A stretch of 59,344 nt of DNA, filler included, from Sphacelaria rigidula (Eukaryota), in assembly GCA_964200075.2 (NCBI GenBank). It is 7 parts of 7 records of this genome, joined end to end, with 100 filler letters (N's around TTAATTAATTAA, not from the genome) between each part and the next. Parts side by side here need not be neighbours in the genome. Positions count along the whole stretch, not along the records: positions 8,495 to 16,887 come from CAXNAA020011296.1; positions 16,988 to 25,380 come from CAXNAA020011297.1; positions 25,481 to 33,872 come from CAXNAA020011298.1; 4 more parts are not named here. One strand, given 5' to 3'. Positions within the stretch are counted from its first letter, which is position 1; the number at the start of each line of letters is the position of its first letter. Made by a program: the position numbers and the translations under genes. Below, in pieces: positions 12,650 through 26,183 of this stretch. The notes beneath the pieces were generated by a model, which was not told where the DNA came from, searched no databases, and saw nothing but the letters and a program-made list of their open reading frames with translations.

Positions 12650-12858
12650 GTAAGAGGAATTCTTGGATTTGGTTTGTATGCGTTTGGATATTAATTAAAA
12701 CAATGTTTTGGGACATCGCATAGCTATTGGTTAGCAACCGTTCGGTTGAATAACCCTTTATGACCTGGAGCTCACGAACGACATTTTTTTTCTTGCCCTG
12801 GCTGGCCGTTAGCGTTACAGGAAAATGAAGCGTGTGGATATTAATCAATTTCGTACTC

Positions 12859-13118
12859 GGACACTTTGTACGATAGCCCCCCCCCCCCTGCCCTCCAAAA
12901 TGCCTGGTTTGTGGAGACAAAATCTCAAGTAAATCGAATTGGAAAAAGCCGAGTACAACGAGCAGCTGGGAAATCCCACTCTTGGGTTCGTTCTCGCCAA
13001 TTTCACCCATATGAGGCACTTCATGGAGCCTGAACCCAAACACCAGGCGCTGTATGACCATATTTTTCGTGACACTTTTGGGCTGGTTTGAGGGCGGGGG
13101 CTATCGTAGAAAGTGTCC
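12859..13118. mobile_element. MITE with GGACACTTT TIRs
   Basis: GGACACTTTGTACGATAGCCCC...GGGGCTATCGTAGAAAGTGTCC; another copy of one end at 25310-25380 (contig end). No clear TSD. Confidence 0.75.
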
Positions 13119-13926
13119 TCGAATAACAAAAGCGTGCATGCGGTCAGCACGGCTCATGCTTAGCACATAGGGTAGAGTATATTACACAGCCCTATGAACC
13201 TGCCTGTACGTGTTCCTGTCAACGGTACACGTGGCTCCCACCACGATGTCAGAGCAGCAGCGTCGTGTGTTGTACGGTGCAGGGTCTACAGCAAGCACAG
13301 GCCACCAAGAAGTCTGTCTGTGCGACATGCACCGGCCGAGTCTTTGCTGTCAGAATTCCGTGTGCGGGTCTGTGCTGTCGTTGCTGCCGGCTTTTGCAAG
13401 CCGACTGATGATAATGGTGTGTACTTGAATTGTTATCCCCGGTGGGTTGAGGTACGCGGGAGTAGTAGATAAAGCCATTGCCTGCGCCAGTTAGGGATAT
13501 CCCTGATCTGCCTTCCTGCTTGCTGGTGTGTTGTTGCGAAGGTCTTGTTTTTTGTGCGGGGTGGTGTGGCCGTCCACCAATGGGAGGAAAGGAGACTGCG
13601 GGTTATGCGGTCAAGTTCCACATCAAAATCAAGTTACACAGTGTGTGCGGTTGGTTTCCGTACGAGAACCAAAACATCGGCTCGGCTTTTGTCGCGGAGG
13701 ACCCCGAGTGACCGGTGACTTTAGTGCTCAGAACCGTGTAATAACACTCGGTGTTGCCCGGTGATATTTGTGATCTCTCTGGCCATGCTTTCCCATCATG
13801 ACCTTGAAGATTTTTTTTCCTAGCTGCTTGATCGCTTCACCTTGTGCCGATGTCATGGGCTGAGCACCTGCCCGAAAAACGAAGGCAATATCAATGAACG
13901 TAACCAAGGTTGTGTTGTGTTTAAAT

Positions 13927-14035
13927 AGGGTATACTCTGTAGATAGGGTATACCCGGTGGGTAGGGTATACCCAGTGGGTAGGGTATACCCGGTACATAG
14001 GGTATACCCGGTAGATACTGTAGGGTATACCCGGA
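13927..14035. repeat. AGGGTATACCC 18-bp-period array, part of a dispersed repeat family
   Basis: About 6 AGGGTATAC(C/T) units; the following sequence resembles 2075-2200. Confidence 0.75.
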
Positions 14036-14988
14036 GGTGGGGGATTGTTCGGTTGGCACACCATTAAACCGCACCGAAACATGTACCGAACATCCCGGTA
14101 TGATTCGACAGGGTATCGAACCTTGTTCCGAACAATCCGGTGGTGGTTGGTTGGGATGAGTATTGACCGATAGAATAGCTCTTTTGCTCTACTGTAAATA
14201 CCCAATTTATAATTTCAGTCGGTATACCCTGAACCGGTCGCCCCGATGGCTCAGTTGATAACCTCAGGGTCTTCTGACGGTTGGATTTATGGGGTCGAAT
14301 CGTGCTGCAGTCACACGATCCGCGATTTTTCATCACACCATGCCCAACGGTGGAGAGCGACTACGTCATGGGCACACAAAAATTCGGCTTTACGGTCGAC
14401 GAGGGACAGGGACCGCTGAGCCCCTCTCGCGATGAAAAAGTAAGGCAAGTACCGCAGAACGAAGGTAGGACACGAAAATTAAGATGAAAAACCGACTGAG
14501 TTGGCCTTCCTCCTGTGTGATCCCGGCTGATGCGCCCACATATACCGGAGGGTGTAGACTGGCGTCCAAAATAGATGGGATGACAACACGCACACAACAC
14601 ACACACACACACGACACACGCACATACCCTACAGAATTAAACCTTGGTTTGAGTGTCTCATGGAAAATGATTGTTATGGGCCCTATTGTTGGTTTTCTCT
14701 CCAACTTCAAAACTTTGTGTTGTGAGGAATATGATGAAGGGAAAATATCGATTTTCCAGAACAGCGCGATCGCGCCCTGGTAGTCTATTATAGGGGCAGA
14801 AGTAAACACCGTTAGGCCGGAAAAAAAAAACGGGATCGATTTCCACCAGATGCGTCAAGTTGGAGTTTTTTTTTATCAATAGTGTCTGATTTCCATCGGA
14901 CGAGAGTGGCAATGAAGAGTGTGTTTGAGTGAATTTATTAGACCACAGTCGACGCGGTGCCGGAGTGTTGGTCATGATCCAATCCGGG

Positions 14989-14989
<1 letters not shown>

Positions 14990-15043
<54 letters not shown>
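14990..15043. repeat. (GTT)n microsatellite
   Basis: Seen directly. Others: (GTT)n 9132-9173, (CA)n 6721-6762, (GTAGA)n 246-270, (TA)n 5981-6002. Confidence 0.95.
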
Positions 15044-15044
<1 letters not shown>

Positions 15045-17391
15045 CTTCACAATAAACACCGTTCCGATATCTGCGCGGTATATTCGCACTGGGCATCTGA
15101 TGCGGACGCCTACCGTGGTCACAGGCTAGCTACCTATAATAAGGTATGAGGAAATCAAACAAAAACACAAAACAAAACAAAACAAAAACAGAAAAAAATC
15201 ACAACCGCGATACAAGCGAAACAGGAACCAAAATGTAAGGCGTGTACCGACGTAGAGATGGGCTGATTGATCGCTTGAGACCACGAAGTCATCGCCGGTA
15301 AGGGCAGGGGTTAGAAGTGAGACAAAAAAAAAAGTATTAGGGTTCAGGGTGAACTTGTGGCGCACATGTATATATACTCCCACCGTTCCGTAAAATAAGC
15401 GTGGTCTAGACTTTTTTTTCCAAAACAAATGAGCTCGATGACGTTCCTTGAAGGTCAAGAGTTCGATTTCCACCTCAGACATACCGTTTTTTTCGAAAAT
15501 TTCACTTTTCTTTCACTTGTTTTTGCTTCGTGCTGATTTTTCCGTTTGAAGTTTCCATTTTTGTCGCCCTGCATTTTCTCCTCCGGTCAAAAGGAAAGAT
15601 GTTTGTTTTTTTCTCACAGTGTCGGTCTACAATACGCTCTATATACCAAGATTCCATCAAAAACAAGTGATCGGAAAAGAAAAAAAACGTCGTTCCGCAC
15701 GAGAGAAGAAACGACACCTCAGTTTTCCTTGCTGGTCAGGTTTTGGGAAAACCCGCCCGGAGAAACATTTTTCCAGTGACGGGGATGAAAACTAACCATC
15801 CCCTGTTTCAAGAGATTTCTTCAATGGTGCTACCGATGGGAGCATGACAAAACACAAAATGTGCAAAAACACATCGTATAACACCTTCAACGACAAACCA
15901 CGCTTGTATTCGGAAAGTCCTTATCCAGCTTATTTTCACAGAACGGAGGGAGTATATATGTACATGCACGTGTTTTTGGAGTTGACTGTTCGTTTTGTTC
16001 TCTCACAATGTGTTTGTTCGGAGATGAAATAGGGAGCGCACGAGTTGTTGAGTAGTCAGTCGGCGGCGTAGTCTTGTAGATGCCTGTGAGTCCTCCAACT
16101 TAGATGAGCCGTCAACGAGGTACCGGAGAGAGATATGAATAATGTACTCGTATTTTCATTTCAGATGATGAAATTGCGGGGATTCATTTTTATGATAGTA
16201 TGTATGCCCGGCCTTCCGGTATGTGGTCCAAGCCTATTCGTCGTCAATACCCACAGCCTCCTGCGCCAACTTAGACAGCGTACAGTGTGATATTGTTGGA
16301 TTAGAACAAGTCGTTATAATCACCCCTTCCCTGTCTTCTGCACGTAGACTTCATTGTCAGTCATTTTCCAGAGTTAGTTCGAAATTTTGGTCACCTGTGA
16401 GCACACATACTTCAGAGGTAGTCAAAGTTTTTGCATGTGGGATGCTTGTCTCGCTGGAAGGATACCGTATGCCCGATCGAAAGCGTGTTATAGATGCACT
16501 TACCTCCCTTTGTTGAAAGCTTCATGGTTGGTTCACGTCGGGGTGTGCCTTGTTTGTCTGTTATAGATCTCGATTGATATGGTAATGACTAGTATTACGG
16601 AGGCGCATTGTTTTCGGGCGTACGTTTATTAGTAGTGTGTTTGTGAATGTGTCCCGTTCGAAAAACAAGGAGAATGTTGATGCCCTCTTCGGTTTTGTGT
16701 TTCCGTCATTGCGACAATTTTGCAGAGCTTGGTTTCGACGTGAACAAAATCAGACACCGAGATGGTGGTGCCCTTCATGGTATCAAACGAAAGGTGGCGA
16801 TCGTACCTTGCAATGCCCCCCCCCCCCCTCAGAATGTTGGAGGTGCCTCTATTAGGAGTAGGAACGGTGCTCCGTCTCGAAAGAGAANNNNNNNNNNNNN
16901 NNNNNNNNNNNNNNNNNNNNNNNNNNNNNNNTTAATTAATTAANNNNNNNNNNNNNNNNNNNNNNNNNNNNNNNNNNNNNNNNNNNNTGCCTTGCCGCCA
17001 GAGAAAACTCGGAAAAAGTGGTGAAAATTGAGAAATGATACATGTAAATATACAAGGTCCCCCCCCCCCCTCCCCGAATTGGAGTTTTCCACATATTCCC
17101 CCAAAACCAATTGCTCGAAACATTCGACGCTCGTTTATCGAAAAACAATGTAGCCACTCTCGAATCGTTGTTTTGCCCGCCCTGATTGAGTAATATATGC
17201 ACATATTCGAAAACGATACCAGGGAGGCGTTTCCTCTCCCTTGAATTCGGAAATATGAGGGGGGGTGGGCGTATCAAGTCGGAAATTTGAGAGGGGGGGG
17301 AGGCAGATCCATGAAAAAGACCCCTAGATAATAATTCGTTCGGTCCAACCCAAACGCTGTATGGGCGAGCCCTGTAGGCTCCTGCCACCAG

Positions 17392-20300
17392 TGTTACCCT
17401 GGTCAGGTAGATCGAAACAACGCCTAGTAGGCGTGTTTACAGCTCATTTATGGATGTGGGTCTGATCGATTGACTGTGTGTGTGTGTTTGCCTCCATGCT
17501 GTAAGGGATTGGTTTCAGTCTGCGGGAGAGAGGCTGGGATCCTGCTGTCCGATATGATGAACACAGGTGACCACTGGGATGCCTGTAACCTCAAATTTTA
17601 ACGTTGAAGACCTTGTGCAAAGTCTGTAACGTCCAAATTTGAGGTTGCAGGCACCCCAGTGGACACCCGTGCAGCAAAGGGTTAGTATATGAATTTGCTA
17701 GAGCTGATCAAGTCCATGTGCCCGTAATGAGAGGGGTTCACGTTGCTGTCTGGTTTAGAGTGACGTACGTCTATGATGAATATTTGTTAGGCTCTCAGAA
17801 GCAGCAGCTGGCACACCAAGAGAGGGAATCCTGCAAGCCTGATCAGTTTGCACTACACAAGATCAGTGTGAGGCATGTATGAAGGTCGACAGGGGCTGGC
17901 AGAGCTAGGGAGGTTCTGAGGTCGCGCTAGGGCGGGCGCGGGTATCGCTTGTGCGCAAGGCGCAGGGTGAATCAACAGCTGGTGAGCCCGTAAGGGTGCA
18001 AAAAACGCAGTACAAATACTGCCTGCGGGGCTGATTCAATGCTGCCCAGCTGCGGTAAGGAAGAGGAGTCTGGGGAGTTGAAGCTGTGGTGACAACTCCG
18101 TGAGGAAGAGGCATAGTGGTCGTCGTTGCATGGAGTCACAGCGCGTCTTGGTGATTGGGAAGCGCTGCTGTTCCTACGATTGCGAGGCAAGCTCGTTTTG
18201 TTTTTCGAAAACGCAGTGCGGATTGCTGCATTATTAACGGTTTATGATGTGCGCATGTCATGGTGGCTTGGTGCTTGATGAGAAGCGTGGAGGTAACAAC
18301 ACTTAACTCGACAGTCCAGATTGACGGGGTGTAGCAATATGTTGCAGTGGACGGTCATGTCGTCTGTGCGCCGCAACAATATGACGCCATCAAGGGCCGT
18401 GTGGTCCTATTACGGTTTCGCAATATGCTATAGTTTGATAACACATTCCCCAAATGAGAAATCTGCCGAAATGTTTCGCCGGTATGAGGGGACTATATTC
18501 GTGAGATACACGAGGCGAATGTGCGTAACGCAGGATGGAACGCGGTTTCTGACCACATGCCCAAACATACTGAGATATGTTTGTGTGCCACGTTCTTCAA
18601 TCATGTCCATAATGTTGGGCACGAGAAAATCATCTTTGTGTTGCGCAAACATGGGGTATTATGCGTTCCCGGGTGTGATGCACGGTGCTCGACCGGCAGA
18701 TGGTGGCGGTCGGGGTGTTGGTTGTCCCCGAAAGCGCAGGCCGCGCTCGCCTCTGAACAAATGACGCGGGGCCGCTGCTGGTATTGCTGTTGGAGAGGGC
18801 GAACAAGTCGCACGAGAGCGCAGGAGGCAGTACAGCTGCCGCTGTTGCCGTCAAGGGGCGCTGAGGTGAATATGGGTGATACTGCTACTGCTGCTGTTAC
18901 TGCCGTTGATATTAAAAGAGCAGAGTGTACATGGGCCAATGAGCAAGCGCTGGGAAGCGAAGGTCCCAGTTACTTGCTGCCGCCGGAACAGCGTGCAGGA
19001 AAAGATACAAATGCATGCTCGAAGCTGCAGGGGTGTGTCATCTGAGTAATGCGAGCGATCAAAGCGAACTTTGGACTCGCCATACTCTGGCGAATCTATT
19101 TACCTCAGTGATATGGCGGGAGATCGTTTAGATGATTCGTAAGGTTGTCTGCTGAAAGGAAAGGTGGATGCCGGGTGAGAGGAGTTGCCACCGGAACAGC
19201 GTGTAGCTGAGGACACGTCTTGCATGCTCGAAGCGGAAGTTTGTGTTTTCTCGCGTGATGCGAGCGAGCAAGCGAGCTTGGGGCTCGCCATGCTCACTAC
19301 AAATCTATCTGCGCCAGTGCTACGGCGAGAGATCGTTTAGAATCTTCGTAGGGGTGTCTGAATGAAAGGAAAAGTGGATACCGGGTTGGCGGAGTTGCCA
19401 CGGGAGTGGCGTGTAGCTGAAGACACGCTGGCATGCTCGAATCAACAGGGTCATACCCCGTGAAGCAGGGATGAATGGCGAGCTTCAGGCTTGTGATGCT
19501 TCCAGCGATGACAATTTCTACGACGACGTCAAGCGGTGCGTAGTGTTGGGATGGTCGTGTGCGTTGCTGTTTAAATGAACAGCCTTGAGGCGTTCGACGG
19601 CGTTGAGAGATGAGTCTTTGTCGCCTTACCGTCAGGTGCGCGAGGAGGATGGTGAAACGCCATCGGGAGGTGTTGCTGCGCGGGACTGAGTGACTGTTCT
19701 AGTTTCACCTTTTGTACCCTCTGAAAAATCGACTGGTGAACTTGTTCTGTAATGCTCAAGTATCAGTTGGGGTAGGTAGCACCAAAGGGTAAATCCACAT
19801 CGCCAAACCAATTACTTCTGGCCAGCAATCAGATCATTAGCCTCGTCGTTACAGGGCTTATGCATATCAACAGCGTCATCATCTTTGGGCTCGCACCGTG
19901 GCACTTTGACCACGTCCCCTTCGTTCACGTCATCTATATAGGCCTCTATGGTGTCACCCCTATTCCCACTACTGAAATTGGTTTGGCGATGTGGATATAC
20001 CCTTTGGTGGCAAGCTGAGCGGCACCATGGTGGTCCAAGCTGTAGCTGAACTGATGGTGCGCGGATCGAGTGTTCGAGATGAAAGGCTGCTCCATGGTGT
20101 TCACAAGGCTGTAGTTCGAGTGCTGCTGTGTCTCAGAAACAAACTGAACGACTACGAGGAAGGCATTGTACGAGGTGTTTGATGTGGTGAGCGCCGAGTT
20201 AGATTATTGTTGAGGAGCAAGGAGTGGTGTGATCGAGTGCTTGTTGAGAATGAGGAACACATTGTGACTGATATCTCTGAATGGTTCTGTGGACGGTTGT

Positions 20301-21579
20301 AGGTTTATGGTGGTGTGGTTCCTGGTCATACTTATGTTGCTGTTTGCGCATGAAGCATGGAGGTTGAGCGAGTATGATCATATTGCGTGTGCTGGAAAAA
20401 TGCTACGAAATGGGTAGGATCGTATGCAAGCAGGTATAACGCTAGTATTTTTAGTCAGTGAATATTCAAAATTGGTGTGCATAAGCATCGATTTTTTTAC
20501 CGTGGCACGTTTGTTTTCAAGTGTCACGAGTGTGGACGAGTACTTCGATGGTTTTTCACTTCTGTCTGCAAGGAGCATGCGGATGGTGTGTCCTTGTGTT
20601 CGAAAAGAACGGTGCGGGTGGGCTGCGGGAGTGTTGATATATTTTTTCGTACCGTATTTCTAAATTACGATCGATAGACGAAGGGTATTTGACGGTCCGG
20701 AATCTGAGTATGATATAGCTTGGATTTTCTTGGAGTGTACTTCATAACTTGCGTTCAAAACGGATATCACCATGTGTAAATGAGTGTTTTCGTCGGCAAC
20801 ATCCGCGTGCGAGCAACAATTGCTGCTTTCGTGAAAGGCACGCCCCAACTACCCCGGACCCCACTACTGTAGGATGGCTCAGGTGTTGAACTTACAAAAA
20901 CTGCATTTTGTATCTTTGAAGGTACCTTGTCTCGGATGAGAGACGCTTAGTCACGAAGGCTTCGGAACTTGACGTTCGCTAATCTTTGAGGTTGTTTGCC
21001 GATGTGAAGTTCAGAGGCTTGTTTTGGACACGGCGTTGTGCATTTGTCGCTAGCTACTAGATCGCGTTGTGACTCGTGTCGGCACAAGAGGCGCGATCGC
21101 GAGTTGACGGTGGACGATATTTTTGGATCTCTTGCAAGTTGTTCGGAAATCGGACAGTATCGAATGAAACTGTCATCGAAAGTAGCGGCAGGGATTGCTT
21201 TTTCATGTGAGAAACGATGGCGTTGCTATGCAACGACATGTGAGTCTGTCAAGCGCTTTTTTTACCACTTGTCGGTTGTGGGTGAGCTTTGGAGGTGCTG
21301 TAGACTACTGCTGCAATTACTATCTCCATCAGGTACATGATGTAGGTGGAGCAGTGCGTAGTAGGCGTATTCATAACTGGTTGAGAACCAACGCGTAGTA
21401 GGCGTGTTTACAGCTCGTTGGTGAATCATGGGTCTGCGGGTCTCATCGGTCGACTCTGTGAGTGTTTCATTTCCATGTCAGGTGAGGTCGATTTTTACTC
21501 CGCGGGAGAGAGGCTGGGATCCTGTTGTCCGGTATAATGAACAGCTAAGGGTCCATAAACGAATAGCGAGAGCTGCTCA
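17392..21579 (+). mobile_element. Old degenerate LTR retroelement (probably Copia-like)
   Basis: Diverged direct repeats at ~17418-17710 and ~21390-21579 share TAGTAGGCGTGTTTACAGCTC, GCGGGAGAGAGGCTGGGATCCTG and GAGCTG(A/C)TCA. A G-rich tract precedes TGTAGAC at 21299. Internal ~210-bp tandem duplication at ~19045-19440. No intact pol ORF. Confidence 0.5.
17562..17671. mobile_element. 110-bp hairpin/MITE inserted in the left LTR-like repeat
   Basis: 37-bp TIRs CACAGGTGACCACTGGGATGCCTGTAACCTCAAATTT vs CACGGGTGTCCACTGGGGTGCCTGCAACCTCAAATTT (rc); absent from the other repeat copy, which reads tgaa|cagc. Confidence 0.75.
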
Positions 21580-24500
21580 GGTCTATGAGCCATGATGGAA
21601 TGGGTCCACATGGCTTTTTGCTCTTGACCGAAGTTTATTGCCCATCTTCAGGGATCCCACGAGAATATCGTTTCGCGGGTTAAACTATTATTGTCAAAGA
21701 TGGATTGGAGCAGCCATAACCATATTGGTGAAGAATCGCATGTCCAACTATTCATCCTAGCTTTGCACAATGTCCCCGCCTCTGGGAGTTATGGATTTTG
21801 GATCCACAACATTTTGGAGTGCCCCAACTGGACCGGTGTTTACCGTGCGTGTTGTCCCGACACTATATAATTTATAGTTGCTGTGACAATGATCCGGCGC
21901 TGGGTGAAATGCCGAGCGGAAACGTCAGCTTTCGGGAAATAGCCCATGAAAACAGTAGAATGTTCATACTCTGATACCACTATTGGAATATTGAGCATAA
22001 GTCAAGCGCGACCAAGACAAGAAATCGTGAGGAGTCCAGCCCACAGGCGTCTCAGCGGAATGTGCCGCTTTCCGAGAAACGCACATTTTAAGATATGAGG
22101 GCTGCGCATTTGCCAACGCAGCAGTTTCACCATGCTCGAATTCTTCAACCTCCAGAACTAAAAACGTCACTATCGCATGGTTAGCGCCCGGCTCATGAAC
22201 CCGCGCCCTCCGCCCTTTCTTGACCCCTCACGCAAACCGCCTATGTGCTGGTATCGTGCGCTCGAGGAACATACCGGTCGTATCGCCATGGAACAACCGA
22301 TCCTTGAAATTGAGGATGCAGCTTTTTATTCAAAATGATATTCTGAAATATTCAAATGTTCGTATCTACATCAAATCCTCGAAATATGGTTTCATTCCTT
22401 CACCTATTGGTAGGTATGGACAACCGCAACACACCCTACAAATGTCGAACTCGATAGCCGAAGTGTTGGAATCCCACATGAAGAAACAGGTTTTGGGAAA
22501 AGAGGTGATCGGATCAGATCGCCAAAATTTCCAACCTGTTTTGCACCTGGGATCCCAGCATTTCGGTCGTCGAAATCGAGATATGAATGGCGTGTCGCAG
22601 CTGTCAAAAGCTACCAGTAGGTTGAGCAATGAAGCCATATTCCAAAGATTTGGTGTGGATACGAAGATTCCATCCTCCATGTTTTCATCCTCAATGGAAA
22701 GCTCCATACTCAATTTCAATGATCGGGAGTTCTAGGGGGAATACGTCCGGGGCAAGCACGTGTCACGTTGCTCCTCGCTACCTCAACACCCCTCGTTACT
22801 CCCAAGATAACCTTCAGCCTGACACACAGCACGCGCCCACGGCGACAGTATGATACCGACAGTGAAACAACCTGATGATGGCTACAAAGGGGTAGGAGTG
22901 CAGTGTCCAGTCTGCGTGCCCCATTGCCCGCCCTCCGCCGCCCCCCCTTCCGCCGGGAGGAGGCCGTCTTGCGAGCAAGGAGCTTGTGTGTCCACGCGTC
23001 CAAAAGTTGCCGAATCTGGACGTGAACAGCGATGCGCTCCCGAACGTCCGCCTCCAACTCCTTGGACTGCGCGCGGACCTCCACCGCATGTAGGGTAGAC
23101 TAGCTCGGTGCTCGTAAAGCTCCGTAACTACCCTGTCCAGATGCTTCAACATCGTGAATTTGCACCAGGGGGCCGACAAACATGTTTTGAGCGAATTAAC
23201 GGTGAGCTGGAGAAGAAGATGGTGGATCGAAAAAGGGTGTGATCGCGGGGAATATGTCGGAATACCGCATGACCGCGCTCGATGTTGGTTTGTAACACAG
23301 GCTTTGTAAGAAAGTCGGTTCCGCCAATCGAATACTTCGACAGCAACATATCCATTTTTTTCCGCCACTGACACCCTGCTTCTTGTTCAGACACGCTTGC
23401 ATTGCCCCCAATCTCCCCCCCTCCCCTCCCCCCGCATGAGTACGCCCCCCCCCCCTCCCCCCGCAAGCACACATTCCCCATGACCATCAGCCGAACACAT
23501 GGGTTTTTGGCAACCCCCAATACGACGGAACAATGTATCTCTGAAAGCATTGGTATGTAGCACAGGATATGTCAAGTTGCAGATGGAGTTCGTTTTTTTA
23601 GGATGAGTCGCGGAAACCTTCAAACGCATCGAAATATCGTTGAAGCAAAAATGCCAACGCACTCTCCGGCCGTGTTGTGCGGCCTCGGTTATCCCCAAAA
23701 TATAATTCATCCGCAAAAAAAAGTCCACTGTTCAAGGGGAATTATGATGAATAAGAGCAGTTTTTTTTGTTGTACCGCATGAACGAATGCCGAGTTTTTT
23801 CGGTGTAAAAACGGAATTTCAAAGATAGCCGACGGAGTATGGTGGGAATAAGCGACACCAAACTTCACGGCCGTAGACTGCAGTTGTCGTTTTGTCAAAG
23901 ATTTATCGATGCTTGAACCATTTCGTCCGCGTCTCTATATATTATTATTCAATTCTTGGACGTTTGATCCAACTTTTGGCCCTGCGTCCAGACAAGCGTT
24001 TGCTTCTCACTGTATCTCACGAAGATCTCGCAAACCACTCTGCATATTTGCCTCATCGTTCTTGGCGTTTGTCACCCATTATCATTATTTTCCTCCTGTC
24101 ATTTGTACGTGGATGTAATGCAGGTGGTGGGATGGAGATTGTTTTTTACCTGGTTCATTCCACCACTCTCGTATCTACCCCTCCTTCTATCAAGAAGGAT
24201 GTGTTCATGCCGCGTCACCCAGACCCTCTCTAATGTTGGAATATATATGGCTATCGTGGCTTGTGTATAAAATACACGACTTTCAATTGTCAAAGTGACG
24301 GGAACAATTGGTTCAACTGGTGAACCCAGCTCTGACAAAAGAGCCCGCAGAGGTTGCACAGTGTTGATTGAACACTTGCTTGTGCTTCGATAAGCACTGT
24401 GTAAACTTGGCTCGTCACCCGACCGTGACTCAAATCTGACACAATCAGGGTCTACTCTATAGACTACTGATGACAAGCTGGCACGCTTGCCTGAGGTGGG

Positions 24501-26106
24501 TCGCTTTGCAGAGTAAATAGCGTGGGGCTGTCACCTTTGACAAAACTCTTGGGCGCTATGAAACTGTTGATACCTTAGACTCTTCGTACGCAACTCTTCG
24601 AATATTCCGACAATATGCTGACGTTCTGCATACGAGCTATACCATATTCTACGATGAATAATTCACTTCTTCGGTTGTTACTCTGGTCTTTGTTCAAACG
24701 ATGAACCGTAACTGGTTGTACCGCAAATCTCGAGTATATCTATATCCGGAACGTTTATTTCTCAAATTCCAACACGCCCTTCGAAATGACATCTTGATCA
24801 TGAATTATATAGAAGAAACACTCTCATTCTTATCCAAGGTATACACTGTACTCCACTTGTATTTTACTGTACTTCGTACATTACAGTTCGCTACTGTACC
24901 TTCATGTACTTCACTGTACTTTTCTTTAGTCTACTCATATTCCTCTATAAACACCATGTTCGTGAGATTCAGAGTGGATGCTCTAGCGTTCCTTACAGGC
25001 AACGTTTTGTTTTATTTTGCTTCAGCACACGTCCTGTGCATGCAGCTACCGTACAGTACCCCATTCGAGGAATTCGGCGGTCTGGTTGGTGAGACACCGC
25101 CCAAAGCACTTTTACGCCTGGGGGGGTACAATATTTCGGAACTAAAACTGTTTTAGGCACTAATCGTTTTTTCCCGAAAGAAGGGATCTTTTGTTGCAAT
25201 GAACTGACTTCGTCGTTGAGATCAAGTGATGTGTCAAATTGATCGTGCAGGTGCCAGCTTTCATTGAAGCCACCGCTTCACCAGCTGGACGCATTACTCC
25301 TTGAACTGTGGACACTTTCTACGATAGCCCCCCCCAAAACCAGCTAAAAGTGTCACGAAAAAAATGGCCATACGGCGCCTNNNNNNNNNNNNNNNNNNNN
25401 NNNNNNNNNNNNNNNNNNNNNNNNTTAATTAATTAANNNNNNNNNNNNNNNNNNNNNNNNNNNNNNNNNNNNNNNNNNNNGGGGGGGGGCGTACTCATTT
25501 GTTGCTTGCCTTAGTCGTTTGACCATCGACTACGCCTCCCTTTCGAGACGGAGCACCGCATGCAGCGCCGGGGGGGGGGGAGAGACAGCGGTTCGAAGTG
25601 TGAGATGTGAAGAAGTTGATTATGAGAAACTGAACGCTATATGCATGAAAGATAGTCTCAAGATCACGCACGGCGCTAAACTAAGGGCCTAGTACTTAAC
25701 GATGGGAAGTCCTGTTCTCAAAACCGTGTGCAAGGCCGGGATACGCAGGAGCACTGAGGCAAACTAAACAGGCAAGGTATTTGCCAAGCAGTGACAAGAA
25801 TCCAGGGAGGATACCTCCACGTGAGTAGCCACGTGCCATCAACCCGTGTTTCCCCGGGTTCCTGCGTTGCAGTCAATGGTCCAGTGTCGGAGCACAATCT
25901 CCCAGCTCAGCAACTTTCATACTAATATGCTATCGTGAGCCCACGCTCTCATTATTTCGGGCGGCGGGAATCAGAAGTAAAAATAAAACTGTGTGCTGCT
26001 CATGACGAGATCCGGACTATCGAAAATTCGGTTCACTCGATGTTGATGTACCGGGTTTTGATCACCAGCGCGGGGCAGCGATAATTTGCCTGTCCGTGAT
26101 TCTTGC

Positions 26107-26183
26107 CTTCGAGAACTGTGATGGTTGAGGTTGGTACACGCAGAAGCTCTGTTTTTGTCCGCCGTGGCCAATATCTTCAAAAC
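26107..26183 (-). CDS. Kinesin motor-domain exon with switch I (GC donor)
   Basis: ccacag|VLKILATADKNRASACTNLNHHSSR-AG|gcaaga; the NxxSSRSH switch I motif needs a splice after AG. Confidence 0.85.

Noticed and set aside
21580..25200. Possible Fanzor/TnpB or giant-virus gene
   Set aside because: No RuvC motifs (DPG, ExxTS, RDxNA) or recognisable viral hallmark motifs seen.
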